Shown here in pieces: positions 41,226-51,722 of a DNA stretch of 64,000 nt. How positions within the stretch are numbered: the first letter of the stretch is position 1; every line of letters begins with the position of its first letter. The notes below the pieces were generated by a model. The model ran no database searches and was not told the DNA's origin. It was given only the letters and a program-made list of their open reading frames with translations. Source of the stretch: an uncultured virus (IMG/VR IMGVR_UViG_3300042894_005760) (Duplodnaviria; Heunggongvirae; Uroviricota; Caudoviricetes); IMG/VR virus record IMGVR_UViG_3300042894_005760; one strand, given 5' to 3'. The position numbers and the translations under genes were made by a program.

Positions 41226-41230
41226 AAATA

Positions 41231-41254
41231 AAAACCTCTTTAAAGAGGTTTTTT
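41231..41254. terminator. Bidirectional terminator
   Basis: AAAACCTCTTTAAAGAGGTTTT. Confidence 0.8.
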
Positions 41255-41256
41255 TA

Positions 41257-42852
41257 TTATGCAACTACAGATAGATTATTTAATCCTAAATCTGCATAGA
41301 ATAAGTTATTAGATTTTGGTAATTTTGCATAAGGACCTGATACTTTCCCCCAATATTCAAAATGCCATTCTTCTGATTTAACAGTTCTAACAAATCCAAA
41401 TCTCCAACTATTCTTGACCATCCAACTATATGTCTTTGGATCCAACGGTTGATTGATAGCACCAGTTCTAGATCCTGTATTAAAGTCAACTGCTATACCA
41501 TTTCCATGTTTAGATCTTCCTGGTTTTGCAGTATCAGGTGTACCTTTTTTTAGAAACAATGAATATAAATACTCTTGTGAGTCTGCACTAACACTTACTC
41601 CTGCCTCTGATTTAGTGTTTAATCGTGGACCATAATCTGGTCTAAATCCCGAATTTATACGCAAATTGATACCATCTTTTTTGGCAGCTGCTTTAAGATC
41701 TAATACTGCATCAGCTATATTAACATTTACTGGTTTTCCATCTATCTGACAACATTTTACAGGCATTTTGTTATTACCAAGAAGAGTACCTGGAATCAAA
41801 TCCAATTTATATTTACCTGGTACATAAGGAGCACTATTTATTATTTCTGACTGTTTTTCAGTTTCTTGTCTAATTTCCTCACTTGGATATTCTTGTTCTT
41901 CTAATACAGATGCTTCTGGATTACCCTCAAATTCAGACTCCGTATATTCATCTAGTCCTGCGGAATCATCAAAAATAAACTCATCTTGTTCGACACTTGG
42001 GTTTTCTAATAAAGCTTTCTCTTTTACTTTACCAACATAAACTACAAATGATGTTATATCACTTTTAACCTTTACTACATCTGGAGGTAAAACTACTGTC
42101 ATTTTTTCTTTAGGTGGCTCATTGACTGCAACTTTTTCTATAGGTGGTACTTCTGGTTCAGGTGGTTTTAAAGGGCTTTTATAAGGTATTATAGAACAAC
42201 TTTGGTTATCAGGTGAACAAAGTGCTAATTCATCATAGTTAGGAACTTTTCTTTTCCAAGCGTCAATAATCTCTCGTATTATAGAAAGATCATCAAATAA
42301 ACCACCATATACTTGTGTTGGTTTATCAAATGATTTATATTCGATTTCTTGATTTTTACCATATTGTAACATAGATGGTTCATCTATACCAATAATATTA
42401 GAAACTGTCTTGCTAATTGAAACACTTGCATTTATTTCTTTTCCAGAGTCATCACTATAAGTTAAACCACCTGCAGTAAAATTTCCTTCAGTCCAACTTA
42501 TAAATATTTGTGCACCATTATTTAAGTAATAAGGATCGTAACCATAACTCCTCCATTTAGGTGTTTTAATCTCCCAAGGATCTTGTATTATATCATAAGT
42601 TTTTCCACCACCATCACTTTTAGAATTCATATCTATGAAGTCTTTTATAAATTGATCATCTGTATAATCTTTATATAAACCTTTTTTTGGATAATATACT
42701 CCCATCCAAATAGGTCTATCATTATTAGTTCCCATGACTACTCGTTGATCTGCCTTAAATGTGTTTTTCTCTTCAAATATAGTTACCTTAATGTCTAAAG
42801 TACCATATTTAACATCTCTTCTTCTTACTCTTACTGATTTAATCTCTTTCAT
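41257..42852 (-). CDS. Protein with C-terminal M15 (VanY-like) peptidase
   Basis: INSGFR, AKPGRSKHGNGIAVD and EEWHFEY. Confidence 0.9.
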   Translation of the reverse strand: MKEIKSVRVRRRDVKYGTLDIKVTIFEEKNTFKADQRVVMGTNNDRPIWMGVYYPKKGLYKDYTDDQFIKDFIDMNSKSDGGGKTYDIIQDPWEIKTPKWRSYGYDPYYLNNGAQIFISWTEGNFTAGGLTYSDDSGKEINASVSISKTVSNIIGIDEPSMLQYGKNQEIEYKSFDKPTQVYGGLFDDLSIIREIIDAWKRKVPNYDELALCSPDNQSCSIIPYKSPLKPPEPEVPPIEKVAVNEPPKEKMTVVLPPDVVKVKSDITSFVVYVGKVKEKALLENPSVEQDEFIFDDSAGLDEYTESEFEGNPEASVLEEQEYPSEEIRQETEKQSEIINSAPYVPGKYKLDLIPGTLLGNNKMPVKCCQIDGKPVNVNIADAVLDLKAAAKKDGINLRINSGFRPDYGPRLNTKSEAGVSVSADSQEYLYSLFLKKGTPDTAKPGRSKHGNGIAVDFNTGSRTGAINQPLDPKTYSWMVKNSWRFGFVRTVKSEEWHFEYWGKVSGPYAKLPKSNNLFYADLGLNNLSVVA

Positions 42853-42853
42853 A

Positions 42854-43357
42854 TTATAATCCTCCTATTGAAAATCTACCATCTACTATTCTAACCGGTT
42901 CTCTTGGTGTATCTAAAACAACTGGAGATAGTGAATAGTCATTCTCTATATAATTTTGTCTATTAGGATCAACTCTTGTAGTTTTATTAGGATTATTCTT
43001 AACGCCTAATTGCTTAATAACTTCATTATTAGTTTCTTCTAAAATCTCTGAGTATCTATAAGTTTCAAATTGACCCATTGTTGGAAATTTTAAAACCATT
43101 CCTTCTTTAATATTCAGTGGATTATCTATATTATTTAATCTTAAAATAATATCAATGTCCTCTAACATTTCATATATTGAATTTGGGGTTATATTATACA
43201 TATTTTGAAAAATTAAATCTATACGCATCTCATCTGAATTGGTTACTGTATATTCTTGTGTGGCATCATTTTTAAAAATAATAATTGGCTCAAAAAGATT
43301 ATAAACACCATCAGTGTTGTTAAATTTAACTGTTTTATATAAAGAAAATATATCCAT
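42854..43357 (-). CDS. gp53-like baseplate wedge protein (LysM-like)
   Basis: YTV....EMRIDLI...MY and ILRLNNIDNPLNIKEG.VL..P. Confidence 0.75.
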   Translation of the reverse strand: MDIFSLYKTVKFNNTDGVYNLFEPIIIFKNDATQEYTVTNSDEMRIDLIFQNMYNITPNSIYEMLEDIDIILRLNNIDNPLNIKEGMVLKFPTMGQFETYRYSEILEETNNEVIKQLGVKNNPNKTTRVDPNRQNYIENDYSLSPVVLDTPREPVRIVDGRFSIGGL

Positions 43358-43372
43358 TTTTTATTTTATTTT

Positions 43373-45571
43373 TTAAAGTGCAAAACCACTCCAATTTATG
43401 TTTTGTAATGTTGTTCCTACTGATGAGTTTGCATCTGGTACTATCGTTTCACTATTAACCGATTCTTTTACTGTACCTGTCGCAGTAGCCGCTGTTGAAC
43501 TTACATTTGCACCAACTGTTGCAACTTCATTCTGTGCGGCAGCAACCGCATTATTAGCTACCGTACCTACTGCGGGAAGCTCGGGTAATGCAGGTAGTGC
43601 AGTACCTGCAGCAACTGCTGCCTCATTAGCCGCTGCCGTTGCCCTGGCAGCCAAAGCTTCTGCTTGAGATTGTCCACTATTTACTGCGGTAGTAACACCA
43701 TCTAAACTATTTTGTGCACTAGCTGCATTAGCTGCAGCTCCTGCAGTTAAATTAGGAGCTGCCGTACTAATATCGGTATTGAAATTATTTGCGAATGTAG
43801 GAACAGGGGGTGGTAATTGAGGACCTGCAGCAACTGTCGCTATCGCAGGTGGAACTTGAGGTACAGTTGTAGGAACAGTTGCACCGGCTACGCCTGCTAC
43901 TGCACCAGGAGCTGCCGCACCAGCTACCGCATTAGTAGTCGCTGTAGTATTTGTAGGATTTGTCTTGGATCCAGTTGTCGGTGTGACATAAATCTGATCT
44001 TGAAGTGTTTCTCCCTGATTTAGATCATTGGCATCTTTAACGATAGTAACAACTCTAATAGAACCTGCATTAAACTTTGCAGCAATTTCTTGTAGACCCC
44101 AAGGTCTTGCGTTAGTTAAAGTAAATGATGCTTTTATATTTGATGGTAAATCATTGAATGCCAATGTAGGTCCTAAATCTAATGCCAAATCTTGATCCAT
44201 ATACATATCCCCCGAACAAAAAATAGGTCTCAAAGGATTACCAATTGTAATATGCCAAGGTGTAGAAGGTGCACCACTAAGTGCTCTTGCTATACCCTCA
44301 ATTGCAACTTTATATTTATTAAGTTGTCTTGCTAAGTTAGGTAGAATTTTATCAATAAAATTTAGAGTTGACTCTGCCGCTTTTTTCAACAAAGAATTCG
44401 CATCTTCTGATGTACCAGAAGAACCAGAAGTACCAGAAGTACCAGAATCAGAAGTTGTAGGAAGCTTCGCAATCATTTCACCAATCTCTTTCTTTGCTTG
44501 TTCCAGTCCTGCTTTGATAAACTCAACCATGTCTTTAACAATTCGTTCTGGATGATCCATCCATATTTTAACTCTATCCTCAAAAGATTTTTTTAATCCA
44601 TAGTTATTACTTCTAGATGTTGAAAATGTTAGTATTTTACCTATAATATCTTGCCATACAATAGTTGGATCAATACCAGATATAAACTTTTGTTCCCATT
44701 CACAATTCATCGTTATAGAAACTGTACAATTTAAACCCGATCCTTCAGCCTCACTCTTAATAGTTTGTCTTCTTTTTGCCATTTTAATAAGGTTCGGATT
44801 CCCAGATGGTAACGGAGTTTCTAGACTATCATCAATTATACCTAATTTTTGTAATACAACTCTTTGTATTGTTTCTGTAAAGCCAGGTAAAGGTACAACT
44901 GCTACGGCACCACCAATTTTTTGACCAAGTTCTTTACCTAGGAAATCTTGTCCTAAAGAATCCAGTACACTTTTAAAGTCCGCTTCTGCATTCTCCCACT
45001 TTTCACCAAATGATATTTTTACGAAATCTTCTCCTTGTGGTTTCCAAGAAATCATAATAGCAAGTGGTTGTCCAGTTGCTAATCCTTTAAGAAAAATATT
45101 ATCATTATGTGGTGATGCAAATCTTCTTGCGATCATTAGTCTATTATTAGGAAAAACTCCAACATCTTTAAGATAAGCAAAGTCAGAAGGTCTCAATTCT
45201 GCTTGTGTACCAGATAGTTGTTCAATAATATTTAATAAACTCATATCATATACAGTATTATTATGTAAACTACTTCTTTTAATACCTTTATAAGGTCCTG
45301 ACATATCCATACCACCACCATTTGTTGTTCCTAACTTACCAACATTACCATAAGGTGCAACCGATGCAGACGCAGATCCACTAAATAACGATCTAGTACC
45401 TACAGCACCAGTAAAATTTCCTGTTTGACCCATTTGACCATTAGTTGCATTATTATATGCGTTTACTGATATTTTTCTACTGGTACCACCATTAAACGTT
45501 GTCATACCATCAGATTTTGGCAAACTTCTAGTATTGATAAGACCAAGTGGAGAACCGCCTAATATAGCCAT
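43373..45571 (-). CDS. Putative baseplate/tail-tube initiator protein with Ala-rich tail
   Basis: WHITIGNPLRPI...GDM and FNDLP..I...FTL..ARP; adjacent to the gp53-like gene. Confidence 0.55.
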   Translation of the reverse strand: MAILGGSPLGLINTRSLPKSDGMTTFNGGTSRKISVNAYNNATNGQMGQTGNFTGAVGTRSLFSGSASASVAPYGNVGKLGTTNGGGMDMSGPYKGIKRSSLHNNTVYDMSLLNIIEQLSGTQAELRPSDFAYLKDVGVFPNNRLMIARRFASPHNDNIFLKGLATGQPLAIMISWKPQGEDFVKISFGEKWENAEADFKSVLDSLGQDFLGKELGQKIGGAVAVVPLPGFTETIQRVVLQKLGIIDDSLETPLPSGNPNLIKMAKRRQTIKSEAEGSGLNCTVSITMNCEWEQKFISGIDPTIVWQDIIGKILTFSTSRSNNYGLKKSFEDRVKIWMDHPERIVKDMVEFIKAGLEQAKKEIGEMIAKLPTTSDSGTSGTSGSSGTSEDANSLLKKAAESTLNFIDKILPNLARQLNKYKVAIEGIARALSGAPSTPWHITIGNPLRPIFCSGDMYMDQDLALDLGPTLAFNDLPSNIKASFTLTNARPWGLQEIAAKFNAGSIRVVTIVKDANDLNQGETLQDQIYVTPTTGSKTNPTNTTATTNAVAGAAAPGAVAGVAGATVPTTVPQVPPAIATVAAGPQLPPPVPTFANNFNTDISTAAPNLTAGAAANAASAQNSLDGVTTAVNSGQSQAEALAARATAAANEAAVAAGTALPALPELPAVGTVANNAVAAAQNEVATVGANVSSTAATATGTVKESVNSETIVPDANSSVGTTLQNINWSGFAL

Positions 45572-45608
45572 TGATAATAATTATTTTTTATATACTATAT
45601 ATAAAAAA

Positions 45609-46307
45609 TTAGTAATCCTTTATCACATAAAAGTCAGTCTTATACATTTTTAAATGTCTATTGGTATAGGAACAAAGTGGTTGTAAATTAGTATAGTGAT
45701 TAAGTCTAATAATATCTTCTTCTATTTCAGCACTATCTAATGGTATAATATGATCTATATCCCAACCATAGTTTAATTCACTATTAAACCTACCATGATT
45801 TTCCCAAGTCATCCAATCTTCAAACTTACTTTCTAAGTATAACTTAAAATATTCAAAGGAACAACCTAGTATTTCCTCTGTTTTAGAATTTTTTACATAA
45901 CCATTAAACCTAAGTGCATTTCCTATCATACTTCGACAGTTACCTTTTAATTTAAAAAGAGGATCGGACTTTTTCTTACTATAATATTTTTTGGAATATT
46001 CTAAACTTTTAATTGATAAAATTTCTTTATTATTATCTCTATAATCTTTTTGAATCTTTTTAACCTTATCAGTATTTTCTAAATAATACTTATTATTTTT
46101 ATTATTTATAAATTCTTTGTTCTTTAGATAATACTTTTTATCACTTTTAGATCTTTTACCTTCTTCTTTATAGGATATTTTATAATTTCTAATCCTTTCC
46201 TTATTTTCTAAATTATATTGTTTTGTGCAAAACTTACACCTAGTTTGATTTTTGTAAAAATCTTCAATATTTTTAACAGAATCACATATATTACATTTCT
46301 TTTCCAT
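45609..46307 (-). CDS. HNH-type homing endonuclease
   Basis: N-terminal CxxC..C.xC; LGCS, MTWENHG, WDIDHIIP and HYTNLQPL. Confidence 0.85.
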   Translation of the reverse strand: MEKKCNICDSVKNIEDFYKNQTRCKFCTKQYNLENKERIRNYKISYKEEGKRSKSDKKYYLKNKEFINNKNNKYYLENTDKVKKIQKDYRDNNKEILSIKSLEYSKKYYSKKKSDPLFKLKGNCRSMIGNALRFNGYVKNSKTEEILGCSFEYFKLYLESKFEDWMTWENHGRFNSELNYGWDIDHIIPLDSAEIEEDIIRLNHYTNLQPLCSYTNRHLKMYKTDFYVIKDY

Positions 46308-46341
46308 AATGTATATATAAAAATAATAATCTCTAATTATA

Positions 46342-46731
46342 CTAGTAGTCCCTTATGATCTGAGAGTTGGAAAATTTTGAAAGATTTGAGAAAACATCAT
46401 CCATAACTTCTGGATTTCTTCTAAATTCATTGTAGAATATTAGAACGTTAAAATTGTTTTCTCCGAGGATTTTTTTGAGGTTAAGTAGTTTTTCGATTGA
46501 GAACTCATTATCGAAGTCTGGAATATAATATATGTCCTTCTTTTTATCTATTGCTTGTTGTATTTTGTTAAAAATTAAAATTTTCAGGTACGTTTTATCA
46601 TCCGTGAAGTCAACCTCTTCTTCACTAATTATTTTATTTATATCTATGATATACTTATTTTTGATGGCGTTCACCTTTACAAATTTATCAAATTTTTTCC
46701 TAGTTTTGCAATAGACACAGAAGAACTCCAT
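46342..46731 (-). CDS. Hypothetical protein
   Basis: 129-aa ORF. Confidence 0.7.
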   Translation of the reverse strand: MEFFCVYCKTRKKFDKFVKVNAIKNKYIIDINKIISEEEVDFTDDKTYLKILIFNKIQQAIDKKKDIYYIPDFDNEFSIEKLLNLKKILGENNFNVLIFYNEFRRNPEVMDDVFSNLSKFSNSQIIRDY

Positions 46732-46803
46732 TCATTTTATTTATTTTTAACAATTTATATATAATATCTAATAAAGTCCCTATAATTTTTAATATATAAC
46801 AAT

Positions 46804-48177
46804 ATGGAAAAATATTCAGATAAATTTTTAAACCAATCAAGTAAGCTTAAAAATGCAATTGTAGGAATGGAATTCGAGTTCTATATGAAAGATCTTTCTT
46901 TCTATAAAACATTAGAACTACTTAACCAAGAGCTAGACCCAGTAAAGGTTTGGGGTTTTAGAGAGTATCACTCTAACTTTACACCAGATGATAGAAACTT
47001 TAAAATTGAACCCGATTTATCAGGAGGTTCAAACATGGTTGAGTTGGTAACTGGACCATTAGATTATTTTGATGCTAAGTATTTTCTTGTTAAAATTATT
47101 AAATTTATACAAACTTATGGATACACCAACGAGAAATGTTCTATTCACTTTAACCTATCTTTTAACGGGGATAAAAACTTAAATGACTTAAATATACTAA
47201 AACTTATATTAAATACTGACGAAGATGAGATATACAGATGTTATCCATCGAGAAAAGCAAATGTTTATGCAAAAAGTATTAAAAATATGATTCCTTTTAA
47301 AGAATATGACTTTTTCAATATTCCTATTTCAGTTGTTAAAAATAATTTAAGATTACCAAATGATAAGTACTTTGGTATAAACTTCTTACATATCAATAAT
47401 GACAAAGAAACTCAAAGATTAGAGTTGAGATATATTGGTGGTAAAGACTATGAAAAGAATTTAGGTCAACTAATTTACTTTATGGATAGATTTATTATAA
47501 ATGTATTTGATTCTATTGATACCTTATTTAATGCAGAAGACGTTTCTAAATTAGAAGAGTTCTTAGAAGAAAATATATCAAAATTTAAAAACCTTTCAAA
47601 ATATGATAATTTTATTGTTGATTTCCCTAGTGTACAAATACAAATAGACCAGAATAATAGTTATGATATGGTAAATACTTACTATGATAAAATTTATCCT
47701 AAGTTATTTGCTTTAGTTGAAGCCACAGAAGATTTAAAAGAATGTATTATAAATTATGTTATCAACACACAAATAGTTGAAATAGTTGATGCAAACTTTA
47801 AATCACTTTTAACAATTAAAGGATGTGACTTAATAAACTGTAATGTAGAAGGAATTTTTGAAGATTGTTTCTTTGTTGGATCTGAAATAAAAAATTCACA
47901 AATTACAAAATCTAAAATTCAACACTCTGATGTAGATAATTCAAAAGTATTCAACTGTAAAGTAGAACAAAGTGAATTGACTAATTGTTACTTTATGGGT
48001 GGATATCTTAATGGTAATATGTATAGTGGTGTATTCCGTTCTGGTGAACTTGGGCCTTACGCTAGTTTAGACTCAGAAGTTAAGGTTGTTACTGATACTT
48101 CTAATTTCTTTGATACCCCATTTGAGGAAGATGATAAAGGTGATAAAGAAGGTGCTATAAAAGGATTTAAAAAGTAA
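46804..48177 (+). CDS. Putative amidoligase-fold (COOH-NH2 ligase) protein
   Basis: GMEFEF, IEPDLS, ELVTGP, CSIHFN, KY.GIN and LELR; pentapeptide-like C-terminus. Confidence 0.75.
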   Translation: MEKYSDKFLNQSSKLKNAIVGMEFEFYMKDLSFYKTLELLNQELDPVKVWGFREYHSNFTPDDRNFKIEPDLSGGSNMVELVTGPLDYFDAKYFLVKIIKFIQTYGYTNEKCSIHFNLSFNGDKNLNDLNILKLILNTDEDEIYRCYPSRKANVYAKSIKNMIPFKEYDFFNIPISVVKNNLRLPNDKYFGINFLHINNDKETQRLELRYIGGKDYEKNLGQLIYFMDRFIINVFDSIDTLFNAEDVSKLEEFLEENISKFKNLSKYDNFIVDFPSVQIQIDQNNSYDMVNTYYDKIYPKLFALVEATEDLKECIINYVINTQIVEIVDANFKSLLTIKGCDLINCNVEGIFEDCFFVGSEIKNSQITKSKIQHSDVDNSKVFNCKVEQSELTNCYFMGGYLNGNMYSGVFRSGELGPYASLDSEVKVVTDTSNFFDTPFEEDDKGDKEGAIKGFKK

Positions 48178-48989
48178 TGAGATATTTAAAAAGTATAAAT
48201 GAGGCATATCAAATTAGAGATGTTGAGGATTTTGTTAGGAATCATCTAGCTTATTTACTTGATGAGGGATATGAAGTTATTGTTGGTGATTCTGAAGAAA
48301 ATGGTGGCAATACTGCAAATAAATTAGAAATTTATATTTATAAAAGAGAAGGTCAAACAAATGATAATATATGGGACACCTATTTTAGAACCGAAACCAG
48401 AACTAGAATTCAAGCGTATCCTTTTACTTGGAATACAATAACAGATAGATTTATACCATTCTTTCATTTTTTAAAAAAAGAATATGTTATCAAGTCATTT
48501 TATTTTTTAGACAAACAGAATAATATTTGGGACGAAAAAGATCTATCGAGTATTACTAACTTAACTGAAAATAAACCGATATATGGTATACGAATTCAAA
48601 TTTACAATGAAATTTTGTGTGATCTTTTATCAAGAGTATATAAAAAAGATAATACTTATCTTAGTGAATTAGATAATGATGAAGACAGATCTGTTTGGAA
48701 AGTAACAAGAAATCCCGGAAAGTGGAGACATTATTATATTTTCTATAAAAATAAGTTTGTAACTGATAGAAACAATCCGGCTAAAGTACTTAAACTTTCT
48801 TATAACACACAATCATCTTCAAATTTTGTAATACACGATAATATTTGTAGAACTGTTCAAACTAATCCTTATGATCCAAATTCACCCGACTTTAATAAAT
48901 TAGATGTATTATTACGACAAAATGGACTTAACTTCGGTGATTTTAATGATGCTTGGTATTATATTGAAAATGATTATAATAATAGATAA
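48177..48989 (+). CDS. Hypothetical protein, LAYLxDEG paralog family
   Basis: MRYLKSINE; HLAYLLDEGY; FTWNTITDRFIPF. Confidence 0.8.
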   Translation: MRYLKSINEAYQIRDVEDFVRNHLAYLLDEGYEVIVGDSEENGGNTANKLEIYIYKREGQTNDNIWDTYFRTETRTRIQAYPFTWNTITDRFIPFFHFLKKEYVIKSFYFLDKQNNIWDEKDLSSITNLTENKPIYGIRIQIYNEILCDLLSRVYKKDNTYLSELDNDEDRSVWKVTRNPGKWRHYYIFYKNKFVTDRNNPAKVLKLSYNTQSSSNFVIHDNICRTVQTNPYDPNSPDFNKLDVLLRQNGLNFGDFNDAWYYIENDYNNR

Positions 48990-49022
48990 TAATTTACATT
49001 ATTGAAACAAAATATATAGAAT

Positions 49023-49289
49023 ATGAAGTATTTAAAAAAAATAAATGAGAATAATAAACTAACAACTGATAATGTTTGGACAATATATCCAAACAATGGA
49101 TATATTGATGAAATATTTTTAGATATAAAAAGTGCACAAATAGAATGTGATAATAAAAATAAGGAGTATAGTAATTATACTAAACAAAATGAAAGTATAT
49201 ACTCAGTTATTAAACTTAGTAAGGCAATTGATTTACTGGAACAAGATATAAGAGATAGTTTTAATTCTTATGACAATCCTGATTATTAA
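49023..49289 (+). CDS. Hypothetical protein with capsid-targeting-like leader
   Basis: MKYLKKINE; AATATATA directly upstream. Confidence 0.75.
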   Translation: MKYLKKINENNKLTTDNVWTIYPNNGYIDEIFLDIKSAQIECDNKNKEYSNYTKQNESIYSVIKLSKAIDLLEQDIRDSFNSYDNPDY

Positions 49290-50157
49290 TTTCTAATAAT
49301 TCTGATAATTCCATACCAGACTTTCTACCTTTTTGTAAATTTTCTATTTTTGTAATAATTCTTAAATTATGATATGATGCAATTATTTTAGGCTCAATAT
49401 CATTTAAAAATCCATCTGATATTGAATAAATATGATCTATATGATGATTTTTAGAATCCAAATCTTTCAACCCATTTGGATCAATAAGATTCTTATTTTT
49501 ATTGAATGTGAATCTTGTCAATGACCTAACTGTTTTTGAATATGTTTCAAATCTTTCAATTTCCTCAAATGGTATTCTCACTGAATCATAATAACAATAT
49601 CTACATTTTTTACTTACTCGAAAACTTGCCCATTGTATATTAAAAGTATGATTTTCATTACATGTTATGTTTAATTTTGAAAACTTATTATCACCTTCAA
49701 TAGAATTAAGTTTAAAATTATATTGATTTAAGTATTTATTAACATTTTCATAATTAATAATAATTTGATTTTTCTTTTCTTTAACACCATTATTTTTAGA
49801 TGGATTTTTATCACCTATTGATCTATCACTTAAATTTTTTCTAAGTCTATCAGAGGTTTCTTTATTAAAAATTTCATTCCAAGTTCTATTGTCTCCAAAT
49901 CTAGGATTATTCTCACCAGTAGTTTGACAAGAACGACAAATTTGTATTTTATCATTTACTGTCTTGGATCTTTTCTCATTAAGATGTTCTCTGGTTATTG
50001 AATATATTTTATCTGGTGTTTTACAATGAATACCATCACAGATATAAGATACCTTATATCTCTGTGAACCTTTGTTATATAAGTCACCTATATTTAATAT
50101 ACTATAACTAGTAACCCTTTTATTCTCTTTTACTGGTTTATAAACTCCTATTATCAT
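49261..50157 (-). CDS. HNH-type homing endonuclease with Zn ribbons
   Basis: CD..C/CRSC, GENNP.FG, C..H..CRYC, HIDHIYS and NLRII...EN..K. Confidence 0.8.
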   Translation of the reverse strand: MIIGVYKPVKENKRVTSYSILNIGDLYNKGSQRYKVSYICDGIHCKTPDKIYSITREHLNEKRSKTVNDKIQICRSCQTTGENNPRFGDNRTWNEIFNKETSDRLRKNLSDRSIGDKNPSKNNGVKEKKNQIIINYENVNKYLNQYNFKLNSIEGDNKFSKLNITCNENHTFNIQWASFRVSKKCRYCYYDSVRIPFEEIERFETYSKTVRSLTRFTFNKNKNLIDPNGLKDLDSKNHHIDHIYSISDGFLNDIEPKIIASYHNLRIITKIENLQKGRKSGMELSELLEINNQDCHKN

Positions 50158-50237
50158 ATATTATATATTAAAACACATAACGTCCCTGATAGTATTTTGA
50201 CATAAAAAATACATAAATTAAATTAAATATATAGTTT

Positions 50238-51719
50238 ATGAGAAATATAGAAAATTTTAATAAATTTAATTTAATTTTAGAGGGTGCACCAAGACTTCCA
50301 AAGTCAGAAGATTATTGGTTGAAAAAAGGTAAGATAGGTAAAAAGGTTGCACTTTACATTCACGATGATATGGATGGCATGTTCAGCGGAATTGAAATGA
50401 AAAAATACTTATTAAATGCAGGTTTTACTATTGAAAAGTATGGTATTCTTAATTATACAGAAGGTTGGAAATACACAACTTTAGATCCAAAACTTATAAA
50501 TGTAGTTTTAGACTTTGCTTCTATGCCAGGAGATGAAAGAGATGATTTAGTAGATTACTATTTAGATCATCATGGTTTATTTAGTGCGGAAGAATTAGAA
50601 AAATACAAATCTTCACCAGTACAAAAGAAAAAAACTGCTTCTGCTTATGAGGCAATTTGTCAAGCACTTGGTGTTCCACAAGATTCATTAACATTAGATG
50701 TTATTGATATGATTGACGCTGCTAAATATGATCAGTATGAAGTTTCGTGGCAAAGACTTTTAGATTTTGATTTATCAGAAATTAAAAAATCTAAAAACAA
50801 AAGATTAGAGTTTGGTGCAGCATTTAATCAGTTCATAAAAAGATCAGATTCAAAAACTATTATATCTGTTATTGAGAACTGTCCAGATGCTTCTATCTAT
50901 GCAATTTTTAATACAATGAAGAAAGTTTACCCAGAGCATAATGTTACATTAGGTGGTCCTAAAAGAGGTCAGAAAAAAGATTTTATCGAAGATTCTGAAT
51001 GGAGATTAGGAGAAATGCAAAAGAAAACTAGAGGTTCAATGACTTCTAAAAAAACTTATAATTCACAAGCTGAGTTTACTACTCAATTTAGAAATGGTCA
51101 ATATCTTCAACTAGACGGTTATCAAAAAATTGGTGATTTAGTTTATGTTCCAACTGGAACTTGGGCAAATGCTTTAAGAGCAAGAACTATTGTTGAGAAA
51201 GATTTTAATAATGGTGTTTTAGATTCAGAACCTAACTTTATATTATTACAATATGGTGGAACGTTACAAGTTTGTTCATATAAAAATATGGATAAGATTG
51301 AAAATCTACCAGTATTAAGAAATGGTGAAGTAGTAAGTGACTTAGGAAAATATATGACAGAATTATTACAAAATTTCCAAAAACATTTAGGTTATCATAA
51401 CCCAGATACTTCACTAGGACAAGACGAAATTACAGTTTCTGGTGGTCACGGTGGTATAGGTTCAATCTCAAATGTTTATGGTAAATGTGAATTACCTGCT
51501 TATTTGGATTTAAAATATGTTGATATGTTTAAGAATAAAATCATTTCTGACTTATCAGGTGTTGCTTTCAATTTAGGTTTAAAATGGAGTGAACCGGCAG
51601 AACCTTTTCATCCAAAAGAACCAGCAATGGATAACAAAGTAATTGCTGCTAAGGACGTTACTAAGTTAGATAAGCAAGGTAATTTAATAAGAAACTTTGA
51701 AAATTTTAAATCAAAATAA
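50238..51719 (+). CDS. DHH-family phosphoesterase-like protein
   Basis: HDDMDG, VLDF, LDHH and GGH motifs; leader MRNIENFNKF..ILE. Confidence 0.75.
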   Translation: MRNIENFNKFNLILEGAPRLPKSEDYWLKKGKIGKKVALYIHDDMDGMFSGIEMKKYLLNAGFTIEKYGILNYTEGWKYTTLDPKLINVVLDFASMPGDERDDLVDYYLDHHGLFSAEELEKYKSSPVQKKKTASAYEAICQALGVPQDSLTLDVIDMIDAAKYDQYEVSWQRLLDFDLSEIKKSKNKRLEFGAAFNQFIKRSDSKTIISVIENCPDASIYAIFNTMKKVYPEHNVTLGGPKRGQKKDFIEDSEWRLGEMQKKTRGSMTSKKTYNSQAEFTTQFRNGQYLQLDGYQKIGDLVYVPTGTWANALRARTIVEKDFNNGVLDSEPNFILLQYGGTLQVCSYKNMDKIENLPVLRNGEVVSDLGKYMTELLQNFQKHLGYHNPDTSLGQDEITVSGGHGGIGSISNVYGKCELPAYLDLKYVDMFKNKIISDLSGVAFNLGLKWSEPAEPFHPKEPAMDNKVIAAKDVTKLDKQGNLIRNFENFKSK

Positions 51720-51722
51720 CTT

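Noticed and set aside
43398..44023. Plus-strand ORFs 43398 and 43817
   Set aside because: Shadows of the Ala-rich minus-strand gene
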